Of a DNA stretch of 64,000 nucleotides, positions 1-12,204 are shown in pieces. The position numbers and the translations under genes were made by a program. The stretch lies in assembly GCA_973895155.1 (NCBI GenBank), contig OZ316895.1, positions 16,472,170 to 16,536,169 of the forward strand, written 5' to 3'. The stretch's first letter is position 1; every line of letters begins with the position of its first letter. This stretch comes from Marsupella aquatica. Its lineage: Eukaryota > Plantae > Marchantiophyta. The notes below the pieces were generated by a model. That model worked only from the letters and a program-made list of their open reading frames with translations, ran no database searches and was not told the DNA's origin.

Positions 1-28
1 TCAGGCCAAGAAGGAACTTGATTTTTAC

Positions 29-1089
29 CTGTACTGGTCACCGACATCCGGGCCCTGGCCAAAATTCTGTGTAGGGTCATGATTTGACCAGAACACATCG
101 AGCAACTGCTCGTATCTGATTGTTGAGGAATCGTACTCAACCTGAAACAACACGATCTTCTTGAATCACTACCGGGATATGACCTGGAAAAAAGCTGCTA
201 TAACTGTTTACGTGGTGTAAACGTGTAGAAGCTAGGTCCATTCCTGACATTTTGAAACAAGTTGGACCCGGCTTTAAGTTTGCGTTTATTGGGAGTTCCT
301 GAATTTACTGCAACTAAATTCACTTTGAAATAAGGCAAGAGTAAAAAGCCAACGCTTGTTTTGTTTTACAATAACTTCTTCAAACAATTCGCTTTGTTTG
401 CAAACTATTCAATTTGGTTTACGACAACGATGGCAAATATATTCACTACTGGTTTATTTACAACTACTTCCATGAACAATTCCTTTTGGTTTAAAACATC
501 TACCACAAACGACCCAACGTTCCATTTGGTGTGAAACAGCTGTCACAGGAAGCAATTGTCTTGGGTTTACAACAACTTCCACAGTCAACTCTTTGTAATT
601 TGCAACAAGTACTAGTACAACAAAGAATTCATTCAATTCACAACAACTGTCAGCAGTAGTTCCTTTTGGTTACACAGCATCTGCCACAAAACAAATGATC
701 TCGCTGTAAAACCAATTGTTTCGCGCAAGATTCGATGAGAAATCATCGTGCTACGTACGAACCTCGACACACTCAGCCTGATCACCGATGTTGTGATAAT
801 CAGGGTTCAGTTTGGTGCCTCCGCAATATCCCACCCGCGTTTTCAGCACTCCCTGCAGACATCCGAACACGGCCTCCCCTCTCCAGAAACTTCCCATGGC
901 GAACACCGCTGTAGCCCTCCTCGGCCCCTCCTCGCCTTCCTTCTCGCGTACCAATTCTGCAGTCCCTTTCGAGACCCGAATTCCGTGCGCAACGCCAACG
1001 CCATAGCAAATCCATAATCCGACCACCACCACAGACAGGCATCGAAATCCTTCCGCACCGACACGATTTCTCTCTGTACGAAGATGCAT
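29..1089 (-). CDS. MSRA5: Peptide methionine sulfoxide reductase A, MSRA5-type (5' part; continues beyond the left edge)
   Basis: Exon 1 is 1089-763: MHLRTE..., a hydrophobic N-terminal segment, then [31 protein letters not shown]...[12 protein letters not shown], with a GT donor at 762. Exon 2 is 141-29: after tttcag it reads [38 protein letters not shown], with a GT donor at 28. MsrA motifs are clear. GSFW in place of GCFW plus the N-terminal hydrophobic segment matches the MSRA5 subgroup. Confidence 0.93.
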
Positions 1090-1409
1090 GACTGTCGGTC
1101 GGTCGATGACTACGACGAACACAGAAACGAATGAAGCACCAGAAGTCGGAACTACTATTAGAGATAAGACTCTCTTAAACTTTTCTCTCTCTCGCCCTCT
1201 CAATCCTACAAAAAATCCTGATTCCCGGATTACTCTCCTTTCGAGAGAAATTGGACGGCGGTCTGTTTTCCTAATCTCCGGTTCCGTCGGAGCTCGATCA
1301 GGAGAACGTGGGCGGAAATCTCTTCACTGTTGAATCTTGACCACGTTCATATACGCGTAAAACCCATAGACAACAGTAGATGTTTACCGAAAGGGGGCTC
1401 TTTTTTCTG

Positions 1410-1462
1410 CTCTACTCTAATCTACTCTACTCTACTCTCCTCTCCTCTCCTCTCCTCTCCTC
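1410..1462. repeat. Pentanucleotide microsatellite (CTCTA)n/(CTCTC-CTCCT)n upstream of MSRA5
   Basis: Seen directly: tctactctaatctactctactctactctcctctcctctcc... Confidence 0.85.
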
Positions 1463-1852
1463 AGTTCTGCACTTCAATTTGCTCTCTTTCTCTCTAGAGA
1501 GACGGCTGAAGACAGAGTCGGACATGATCGTGCAGAATTGAAAGACCAAAGGCTCCTGAAAAACCTTACATCGAATCGACGGATCGAACGGGGTTTAGAT
1601 ATCTGTGAACGTCACAGTTTTCCGTTTGCTTTTGTAGCATAGTTTTTGGGGGGAAACTCGACGTGTTATTTTCCCCTCCCCTGTTTAATATATAGTAGCC
1701 TGATTACCATTGCAGGTGATTTGACCAAATAAAGACACTCTAAGATAGTCCTAATGTAAGTTTACAGATATTTCTGAGTTGGGGATCTGCACTTTCTTTA
1801 ATAGTGTATAGTAGCCTTGTTTAATATATAGTAGCCTGACTACAGTAGCCTG

Positions 1853-2695
1853 ATTACCCTTTCCTCGAAGAAAAAATGAATGGCAATAGAAAAAACTTGA
1901 TTCAATGCTATTTCGTGTTCATCCCTTTGTCTCCAACCTCACTTTCAGTTATGCCTTCAATTAGGGGGGCTTTACAAGATTGCTATTAGTGTTCATCCCT
2001 TTGTCTCCAACCTCACCTTCAGTTATGCCTTCAATTTAGGGGGGCTTTGCAGGATTGTGGGGGCCATTCATCAATTAAGGGGGCTTTACAAAATTGCTCT
2101 TTGTGTTCATCCCTTTGTCTCCAACCTCACCTTCAGTTATGCCTTCAATTTAGGGGGGCTTTACAGGATTGTGGGGGCCATTCATCAATTAGGGGGGCTT
2201 TACAAAATTGCTATTTGTGTTCATCCCTTTGTCTCCAACCTCACTATGCCTTCAATTAGGGGGGCTTTACAAGATTGTGGGGGCCATTCATCAATTAGGG
2301 GGGCTTTACAAAGATTGAAGTTCGTGTTCATCACTTTGTCTCCAACCTCACTTTCAGTTATGCCTTCAATTAGGGGGGCTTTACAGGATTGTGGGGGCCA
2401 TTCATCAATTAGGGGGGCTTTACAAGATTACTATGAGTTTTCATCCCTTTGTCTCCAACCTCACTTTTAGTATACCTTCAATTGGGGGGGCTTTACAAGA
2501 TTGTGGGGGCCACTCAGTGTCTAAAGCAATTACCCTTTCCTTGAAGAAGAAAAAAAGATAGCAAAAGAAAAAAGTTGATTCAATGCTATTTTGTGTTCAT
2601 CACTTTTGTCTCCAACCTCACGTTCAGTTATCCCTTCAATTAGGAGGGCTTTACCTGATTGTGGGGGCCATTCGGTGTCTCTCTATCGAAAGCAA
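1853..2695. repeat. Composite tandem repeat (~110-bp higher-order unit)
   Basis: The core AGGGGGGCTTTACAAGATT alternates with module A (GTGTTCATCCCTTTGTCTCCAACCTCAC...TTCAATT) and module B (GTGGGGGCCATTCATCAATT). The leader TTACCCTTTCC...TTGATTCAATGCTATTT occurs at ~1853 and again at ~2530. Confidence 0.92.
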
Positions 2696-3369
2696 AGTTG
2701 ATGGTCACTTCCATAGACTAAAGTTAAAATGTCTGAGCCAAAATGTGTGTATAAATGCAATTCCATGAAAAGCAGTGGCCGTTTGCTCCATTTTTTAAGA
2801 CCAACTCAAGAAGAGGTCTAAGTTCTTGACAGAAAACAGATACACATCAGCCAAAAAAGGGAACCCACAAGGAGCCTACCCACTTCACAGGGCATCAAGA
2901 ATTATAATACAATGTTCCGCCTTTTTATGCAGTGTTGTCTTTTGAATTTGAAGTGTCCAAAAAGTAATGAATCTGACCAAAGAGAAGGAATAAACATAAA
3001 TAGAATTATATTTAGTGTGAGGGAAAGGGTGACACGTTTTCCAAGTAAAAAATAAAGAGTACTGTAGAATACCAATGCACAATAATCAAGTACTTCCTAG
3101 ACCATATATGCATAGTACCATCATTGCCTAGGAAGTTATCCATACATAAGAAATACTCCTCTCCATGCCTAGACATAGATGTCAAGTACCCACATGATCA
3201 TTTGTGTCATAAGAAGAGTTATACTTATTACAAATATTACATAATGTGATAGAAACATAAAGAGGGAAAAGGGGGGGGGTGGTTTAAGGGAATAAAAAAA
3301 GGAAAAATACAAAGACCAAAGTAATCCTTAACCTGGAGGTAATTTGTGGTTGTTATCGAGCCTTTTTTT

Positions 3370-5400
3370 GCACCATGACATCTTTCACTAGATATCATTT
3401 GTGGTTGTTATCGAGCCTTTTTTTGCACCATGACATCTTTCACTAGATATCATTTTGCGCAATGAGATCTTTTTAACAAAAAAATATTTTACTCAATGAT
3501 ATATCTTGCACCATTCATGATATTTTTCTCAAAAACATCTTTAGTATAACAGCATCTGTTATGCATTGACATCTTTTGCCAAACAAAATGTTTCATTTCT
3601 TAGACATCTTTTGCGCAATGATGTCTTCTACTTAGCCACATCTTTTGAGCAACAACATCTTCGGAGTCATGACATATATAGTTTTACTTGATAGCTTCTT
3701 TGACATTATAACATCTTGTACTTGACGACATCTTCAGTTGGACATAACGACATTATTGGCATCACTGCACTTTTCTATTTAATGACATCTTTCTACTTGA
3801 TGACATATTTACATAACGACATCTTTTCCCTTGATAACATCTTTCACATATCGACATCTTTTTACTTGACGACATCTTTGGCAACATGACTTTTTGTTTA
3901 AAAACATCTGTTTACTTCAAGACATCTTTGGCAACATGACTTCTTTTTTCTTAACGACATTTTTGTACTTCATGACATTAACTTCTATAATACAAGGTTG
4001 CGACTTTTTTTCCCGTGGTCGTCATTCAAATTTTCAGGGCACAAAAAATAAGATATCCGGTAGAAGGAAGGAATAAAGACAAAATAAATTTAATTTAGTG
4101 TGAATGAAAAAGAGACACCAATGTCCAAGTAGGAGGGGATCAAATGACGTGTGATTTAATTTAGTGTGATTTTAGACCATTTGACGAACCCCTCACCCCT
4201 CTAAAAGAGAAAAGGTTGGGTTGCATCTTTGTTGGAGGAACTTGTCATGTGTCCATTCTTTTAAAGAAATTGGAGTTGTCAAGAATGCAAGAAAAAAAAA
4301 TATAAATAAAAATTGGCTGCCTTGTGTTGTTGGAGAGTCTCCTTAGGGAATCAATCCTTAGGAAAAATAGAGTGAAAACAAAGTTATACTCAGAAAGAGG
4401 AATGGGCTTGTAGCAATCTTAAGAATCCATGATAGGAAGGATTGTACATACTCAATAAGGTGTACATATTTTGACTAAGATAGTGCATAGTTTCGTGTAA
4501 TATTGGTAGGAGTTAAATTTCAGATATTATTTCAGTCAATAGGGGACTACATACACTAATCAAATAAAACATTATTCTCCCAATATTTAGGGTGATTTTG
4601 TACATTCATTTTTTGTGTCATTTTCACTGCCAAAAAAACAAAAATTATAAGCTTCAAAGACTCAGTGAAGATCGTGGCACTAGCGTTGATTGCAAGGTGT
4701 CAGGTAAGGGGCACACTTTTACTTGATGATATCTTTTTACTTCACAACATCTTTCACATAACGACCCATTTGGCACCACATCATCTTTTTATTTGATGAC
4801 ATATTTTTATTCATGACATCTTTCACATAACAACATCTTGGCAAAATGACTTGTTTTTTGTTAACGACAATATTTTACTTGATGACAACTATTTACGTGA
4901 TGACAACTTTTTGCTTGACGACATGTTTGGCAAAATGACTTCTTCTTTTTTAACGACATCCTTTACTTGACAACGTCTTTCACATAACTACATCTTTGGC
5001 AAAACAACTTCATCGCTCTTAACAACATCATTTTACTTCACAACATCTTTCACATAATGACATCTTGGGTGACAGGACATTTTTTGTGCAACGCACGGGT
5101 ATGGAGCTATTTTGTACTTAATAACATTGTTATACTTAACAAAACCTTTAACATAACACGTTATCATGACATCATTGGCAACACGACCTCTATTTCTTCC
5201 ACAACCTCTCGGTACGTCATGATGGCATCTTTCTTCTCAACAACCTCTTGGCCAACACGGCATCTTTTGTTCTCAATGACTTCTTGGCCGACACGACATC
5301 TTTTGTTCTCAACGACATCTTGGGCGACACACCATCTTTCTTCCCAACGACCTCTTGGCCAACATGACCTCTTTTGTTCTCAATGATATCTTTGTCCAAC
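3370..5400. repeat. Degenerate (ACGACATCTT-like) minisatellite in two blocks (~3370-3985 and ~4715-5400)
   Basis: Dozens of GACATCTT/AACATCTT cores at roughly 18-21 bp spacing, interrupted by ~730 bp of unrelated AT-rich sequence. There is also an exact ~55-bp tandem duplication at ~3342-3455. Confidence 0.8.
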
Positions 5401-6113
5401 GCACGGTTATTGAGCTAGTTGTAGGATATAATGCCTCAAAAAACCTGAGCTACAGTTTTGAGGAACTATTAGTGTCCATAACTCTCAGGAAATAGGACCT
5501 TGTTAGGGCATCTCAACTGTCTTCATTTTGTCTCCGGTTGCTGTCAAGGTTGTTTTCCTGGAGAAAAGTGACGGGCACAAAAATGCTTGTCCGCCTTGGT
5601 TGTTGCAACCCTTGTGACCGGAGACCAAACTAGTACTTTCAGACCAAGTTTTCTTCGCACACTTCAAGGTTTGAAATTCCCTATTACATTTAACTATTAA
5701 GGTGCATCAAATCAAATTTTGAAGATTAAGACCCCCTAGTGAGTGCTCAGGTCTCTTCATGAGGAGGTTTCAATGGCTGCACTACTAGGCATCTCAAAAT
5801 ACGGTCAATCTTCCATGTGTGGCCCAGGGCAGCAGGAAGCTGGTTGGGCATCGAATGTGAGGCCTGACCAGTCATGCCTGGGAATCATGACCAAAAGGGG
5901 GGCCCAACTTCTGAAAGGAATAGGACCCTATTCCAGAATTATAGTCATTGACTTAGGTTGCCATTCACACACATTACCATGACCCCTCTCAAATCTGATT
6001 GCCCGAAAAGATCACTGCCTGGCTGTACCCAGTTTTGGTGCGCCCTAGTACCTTGCAAGCCACCCATGAATTGTGTTTTTTATTTTTCAATATTCAATAC
6101 GCCCTACTACAAA

Positions 6114-6364
6114 GAGATACTTGATGGACCCAAGAGTGATCTAGACCTTTGATAGATCTCAAATCAATGTCCCCAAAAGCTCATGGGGGTCTCATAGGGT
6201 CTATCCATTAAGGCATTTCAATTTAGGGGTCCATCAAGTATATCTTCAATTTAGGGGTCCATCAGGTCTCAAATCAATGTACCCAAAAGCTCATGGGGGT
6301 CTCATAGAGTCTATCCAGCAAGGCATTTCAATTGAGGGGTCCATCACTTATTCACTTATATCTC
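6114..6364. mobile_element. MITE-like element with TIR GAGATA..CTTGATGGACCC
   Basis: GAGATACTTGATGGACCC at 6114. Inverted GGGGTCCATCA(AGTA)..TATCT copies lie at ~6226 and ~6336, with an internal ~110-bp duplication. Ends resemble those of the element at 26471-26646. Confidence 0.55.
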
Positions 6365-6394
6365 TCCGCCCTACTACTACACCGCCCTACTACT

Positions 6395-6550
6395 ACACTA
6401 CAGTAGTCTAGTCTAGACTAGTATGCGTAGTCTGCTCTGCACTGCACTGCACTGCACTGCACTGCACTATTACTGCAGTAGTCTAGTCCAGTATAGTCCA
6501 GTCCAGTATAGTCCAGTCCAGTATAGTCTAGTCTAGTCTGCACTGCACCA
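6395..6550 (+). promoter_or_regulatory. SR45 promoter-proximal microsatellite block: (GTCTA)n, (CACTG)n, (GTCCAGTATAGTCCA)x3
   Basis: The repeats are seen directly about 260-400 bp upstream of the SR45 ATG and are followed by a GA-rich 5' UTR-like stretch. A regulatory role is inferred. Confidence 0.6.
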
Positions 6551-6809
6551 CAGTAGTGTTCGTTTGTTTCCCTTCCCGCTAGGTCTGGTCTGAATCGCAT
6601 TCCACGACCAAAACGAACAGGAGCAACGACGAGCAGAGAGCAGAGAGCACCAAAACGGTAGGGCAGTGTTTTCTTGTTGGCTTCGCAGGTCGAGAGGGCG
6701 GAAAGAAGAGAGGAGCTCGGCGACAAGGAGGAAGCGAACGAGAGAGTGAGAGAGAGAGAAAGAGAAAGCAAGGGAGAGTTGGATTGATCGTTGAAGAGCG
6801 CGCGTGGTG

Positions 6810-9800
6810 ATGGCGAAGCCGGCGGTGAAGGCAAAATCGGCCTCGCCTCCCGGCTCCTCGGGGTCGTCATCGTACTTGGGATCGTCTTCAGCTTCTGGAT
6901 CTCGGTCCAGATCGCTCTCTTCCTCTTCTAATTCCGGCAGTAGCTCCAGGAGTCGTAGCCCTCCTCCAAAGAAAAGGTCCTCCGCTTGAAGCCCTGTCCG
7001 CATGATAGTTCGTTCGTTTGGCGCTCGGCGTTCTGCAGTCGTTCGTGTGTGTGCTGTGCTGTGCTGTGCTGTGCTGTTCGTCGTCACGTTGGATAGTTTC
7101 TTCCGAGGAAGGAAGAGCTCGTCGCGACGTTGATAGTGTTTGTGATATGTGTGTGTTTTCCCCCGCGGGGGTGTTTTTGCCGGTTCGGTACATTCTCCTC
7201 TGGCTTCAGTGCTACTCCACTGGCGTTTTCTGGCAACGCTAGGGTTTTTCTTTCTTGAATAACCCGGAGTTAAGATGTATGGCAGTCCCGCTGATTTCTG
7301 TAACTCGTATGTGCAGTGAATCCGGACCCGGTGGAAGGAAATTGCGGTCAGCTTCTCCTCCGCCGAAGAAAGCGTCGCCTGCTAAGTAAGTTGAAACCCT
7401 TGTCGGACTAGGTCGTTAGCAGTATTTTCTTTTTTGCAATCTATTCTTGTGTCTCGCGTTTCATTCGTTTTAACAAATGAATTGGACATTGTTTGTGAAA
7501 GGTTACCCAGGGAATTACATTGGAAGACTTAGTTAATCATTTGCCATTCCTTGTTGTTTTATGTTTTATTTCAGTTTGAACAATGAATGCTTGACAGTTT
7601 TTGAATTTGCGGGCAATGTGAGGAGGGAAAACTAAAACCTGGTATCTGTGTTTCAATTAATAATGAATCGGCATGGAAGTCCTCCCTGGCCAGTACTCAG
7701 CACTCATGAGGGCTTTGCAACTGTGAGGCGAGAGAGATAGAATGGACCGATACATGAGTCACACACTAAAGCTCTACCGATTTTTCTATGTTCTTCTAAG
7801 CAAAAACCTGTCTTGTCAGGAAACTTCGAACTCCAACCCCTGAACCGACGGTGCTCCATGTCGGCTGCCTTACACGAAATGTAAACGAAGCCCACTTGAG
7901 GGAAATATTTGGTATTTTCTCGCAACCTTTTTTCCAGAGTATCTGTTAATATGTGCTGACCAAATTTTCTTCTCGATTACTGGCATTGTTAAAAACCTTG
8001 CATGTCACTTATGGCTTCCCCCCTTTTTCTAAGTCCTCATGGTGAAGGTTCCAAGTAAGTTTTTTCAAAATCACTGTGCCCAATCACCGCAGACGTAATG
8101 TAATTGATGTTTGTTGCACGATGACATTTGGAGCTCCCTCAGGGCTGCGTTTTAACCTAGCCGTCTTTTGTAGGGCATTATGGGGACATTGTTAACGTGG
8201 AGCTGGCCATGGATCGTTCTGTAAGTCTCCTCACCTCGAGTAGAAAGTTTATGCGAGTATATGAATAAGTACGTCAAATACTCTGCAGGAAATTGAGGCA
8301 GTTCAGGAATGCGCCTGTTGTCATTCGCAGACACGAGCAAAGATAGGGCAGTGATGAAAAGTATCATATTCACTAGTTTTTGTTTTTGGTTATGGCAGGT
8401 CAATTTACCGAAAGGATTCGGCTACGTCGAATTTAAGTTTAGGATGGATGCAGAAAAAGCCCAGCAACACATGGATGGGGTACGCGTAAAAGTTTTGTCT
8501 CTGTTCGTCATCGCTTGCTTGGTCCTCGTATTTCGCCTACACTAAGATGTTGTCATTTATGATTGAGCCAAAATTTTGACAAGGTAGACGATGTGCTTGT
8601 GAATATCGTTAAGAGGAATCACCGTAAGTACAGTGTGTATCACACCGTCCTAGAATTTGATTTTTAGGTGGACTGATTTAGAAGGCTTACAGTAGCCTTC
8701 TGCTCTAGAATGCACTATCCCGTCTCGGTAACATTGTAATCTCGCAATATGCAGGGCCAGATTGATGGGAATGTAGTCACGGCACAGTTCATCCTAGTGC
8801 CTCGCAGGAAACCGTCACCACCTCCTCGTCCGGTCCCTTCTCCAAGGAAGGAGTCTACACGAGGGCCACCTCTCCACGATGGACCAAAGGATGGAGGTCC
8901 ACGGCGGGGCCGTGATGGGCGGGATTGTGAGTTGTTTTTATCTTTCCAACTCCAGATTTATCTTCCTGTTAGTTACATCCAATGCGTATGATGTGCTGAG
9001 TGCCACTCAAATAGAGCCCCTGATAAAGAATACACGGATTTTCATCAGTATTTGTGGTGAGCACAACTGGCTTGAGGCATCCGGGTTAGTAAATGAGAAG
9101 TAGAGTTATGGCATGGGTATGAGAAATGTGGCTAAGTGAATTGGTTACTAACAAGTAGTATTGTTTTCAGCGCCACCCCCAACTCGTCGGCGATCTCCGT
9201 CTTTTCCGCCCAAGCGACGGTCAATCTCACCTCGCCGAAGACGGATTGACTCGTCTCCAAGGAGGCGAAGCCCAATCCCGCCTTCCCGCCGGGGTCGTTC
9301 TCCATCTCCAATAAGGAGACGACGGCGTTCTCCAATGAGGTTTGCCTCGGTGTCTTTCCCTTCGTTCTTTAGCCGGAAATACGGTGGGTAGTGAGCTGTT
9401 TCATGGTTTTGTCATTATGTAAATGCACCGAAGGGCTTACTCTAGCACTGTCGAGCCGCAGACATTCTTTGCGCTGTGTAACTTAAGCCCATCCATTGCT
9501 CATGATCTTTGCAATCAGGTCACCCCCACGGAGGAGAACTCCAGTTGGGAGAATACGATCTCCTGTTTCTTACAGACGCAGGTATCTGCTCTTCCCCTAA
9601 GCTTACAGTATTCCAGCTTTGTGTCTGATTTTTTCCTGTTCGTGGCTTCATTTGACTGTCTACGTTCGTCGTCTACTATTGGCACTGGTCATGCCATGTC
9701 TCATCTTCTGTCCTGGGTGCAGGTCTCCGCCCCCTCCAAGGCGCGGTGGGAGATCACCGCCTCACAGGTCCTCTCCACCGACACGAAGACGCAGCCGTTC

Positions 9801-10490
9801 TCCATTTCGCCGTCCCTTACGGTCACGGTCAAGATCCCGTTCTGCTCCTCGAAGGTTGTCTACCAGTAGCCTTTCTTGCAGAATGAAGTCGTGGACAGTC
9901 CCTGGCAGCGCTTGGATTTCATTGGTAGTGCACTTACTGGTTGTGAGAACTTTCCCTCCATAGACTGATCTTTTGTCTGGTTTGTCATTTCTGTCCGCTG
10001 GCAATGCAGGGTCAGGTCACCAATAAGGAGGGCGAGATCAAGTTCGTACTCTTCAGATTCACCCAGTCCAATTAAGAAGGTAAGTAGTTTTATTTGCTTT
10101 TACTATAAAAGACAGGTGTCAAACTGGTTGGGTTGAGTTAAAGGAGTCTTACTAGCTTGTCACGTTTATCCTGTCTACAAAGTGTGCAAACGTGTAGCAC
10201 TCGGAATCTGTTTAATTGAATGGGTTTAGGGCCTGGGCTTATAAATTTCGTTGTTTGGTGTTTGCTACAGAGAACCCCGCCAGCTGGAACCAGCAAGAAG
10301 ACAGTATCCAAAAGTCAAAGTCCTAAAAAGTGAGCAATCAGACATAGCCCGTGGAGCTCTTCGGATTAATATGTGAATGGGGATGTCTCGTCTAACGTTG
10401 TCGATTGTTTGTTACAGGGCGATTAGTGGCAGTAGCAGCCCTAGTGCCAGAAGTAGCAGTTCTCTCTCTCCATCGAAGAGTAACCAGTGA
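6810..10490 (+). CDS. SR45: Serine/arginine-rich splicing factor SR45 (RNPS1 homolog; RS-RRM-RS)
   Basis: Twelve phase-compatible GT-AG exons: 6810-6976, 7317-7385, 7820-7911, 8174-8220, 8399-8479, 8755-8926, 9171-9339, 9519-9581, 9723-9854, 10010-10079, 10271-10329, 10418-10490 (TGA). The protein starts MAKP with an S/R tract. The RRM reads VLHVGCLTRNVNEAHLREIFGHYGDIVNVELAMDRSVNLPKGFGYVEFKFRMDAEKAQQHMDGGQIDGNVV and closely matches plant SR45. RSP-rich C-terminus. Confidence 0.96.
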
Positions 10491-12204
10491 GTTAAATTGG
10501 ACCAGTCAATTCTCCATCAAAGAATGCCGAGTGAGTCGAAATAAACCATCAACTATGACAGCACATTAATTGTGTCAGCAGGATTTTTGGTCTCTACAGA
10601 CATGCCCATCAGGTACTTATCGTCAATATGGTGTTCTTTGATGGCAGGGTAGTGGCCAAGGCAAAGTGAGCCTACCGTGATTTGAGGCACATGGCCGGCA
10701 GTAATTTTTACCCGAATACAGGCAGTATCTGTGACGGCCTTTTTCATGCTCCGCTCAAATTTTTTGCTAACCAATGCATGGGTACTGAAAGATTTGAGTG
10801 TGCATTTTTTGTCATTTTGAATGTCCTACTTGCTGTCTCCTCAACCTTTGGTTTTACTGGTGCTGAGAGTGAAGCTGCCCTTCCTGGAGTCCGTAGCTTC
10901 CTCCTCCCCACAAGATCCGCGTGCATAAACTTCTCTGCATTTGGCCCAAGTGTTTACTGTCGACAATCGATCTAAAGTGCTCTTACTAGGTGGAGGCTTT
11001 CTGACTGCTTTGAAGCTGCTTATTTGTTGCACGTCCGGAGCTGGGTTGGTATTTTGGTGTCCTTCGGATTTTGTTGCCAAGAGCACAGGCATAAACACGG
11101 TGTGGGTCGGAGAGCTTAACTGCGAGATGTAACGCTTGAGGGCAGGCGACATCCATATTTGTTGTGTTATTTTGGACAAGGATTTCAGCTTGAAGGATTG
11201 TAATGATTGGATTGCATGGGAGGAGGCGTCTAGTTCATCCATTTATGTAGGGAATGCACACCGATGACAGATATTAAGCTCTCCAAAGCACCCCAATTTT
11301 GCTGGGATATTTTACAAAGAAGAGTAGTGATCAAGGCTAGGAGCTTGTACTTGCTGAAGGGACTCAGTGATCAAATAGACTTTTGAAACTTCTACATGGC
11401 TATGTTTAGGGTTCGTTTGACTTAATGCTGGTATTTCACATATTGCCTCATGGATAGGCATGGCTCTCCGCCTACCAGTGTCAGTGCCGGGAGATCGACA
11501 GTTCACTATTCCACCCCTGTAGACATGTATTTCTAATGAATTTTCAGAACATTTTACGTAAGTCTTGTCAGTTCGTTCGCTTGGGAGCATGTATTCAGGG
11601 CTATTTGCGCAAGGTAAAATGCTGTCTATACTAAAATCAGGGCAGCCGATTATTGCTTCACTTCTGTGGGCTGGATTAGGGTACCCCGTCGTAAGGACAG
11701 ACTCGCCAGAGCTGTTATCATTGTCCTCAGCACTGAGTTTGGTCTTGCATGTCGACGCGAATCGATGGTTGGCTTTGCATGTGCATCGTCCTCCCTGGAT
11801 GTCGGGTGAAGACGTGGATTGTTCAATAGGTGTGTAGGGACCAATTGATGTTTTTTTCACCAGATATCTCACACTATCCGAACGAAGCACCACTTCACCA
11901 GTAAAAGAAATGGAGGCTTCACATCACATTACTACATGAACCTTGTTTACAGCAGAATTGTCAACTTGACTGGCAGTTCGCACTTCAATAGGTCTTTGTG
12001 CTTCAACTGCCACGCATACCACTGGGAAGGCGGGAAGTTGTATCCGTGGATTGCAACCTGAGACAGTGAAATGTTTTTGGCTGACAGGCCTTGGATTTGG
12101 TAGCCCTGATCAAATTTACAGCTACCAACCCAATTGGCGTGGCGAGTGGGGGCTACCAAGTAATTTGTTTCAGGGATAACACTGTAAATTAACTATTATG
12201 CTAA

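Noticed and set aside
1910-2520. CRISPR-like look of a constant core with intervening segments; peptide-repeat ORFs (QDCGGHSSIRGAL)
   Set aside because: The intervening segments are two recurring modules rather than unique spacers, there are no cas genes, and the context is eukaryotic. The ORFs are by-products of the repeat.
6418-7242. ORFs of 150-184 aa on the minus strand around the SR45 start
   Set aside because: Antisense shadows of GC-rich SR45 exon 1 and of the microsatellites (LDYTG, AVQCS repeats).
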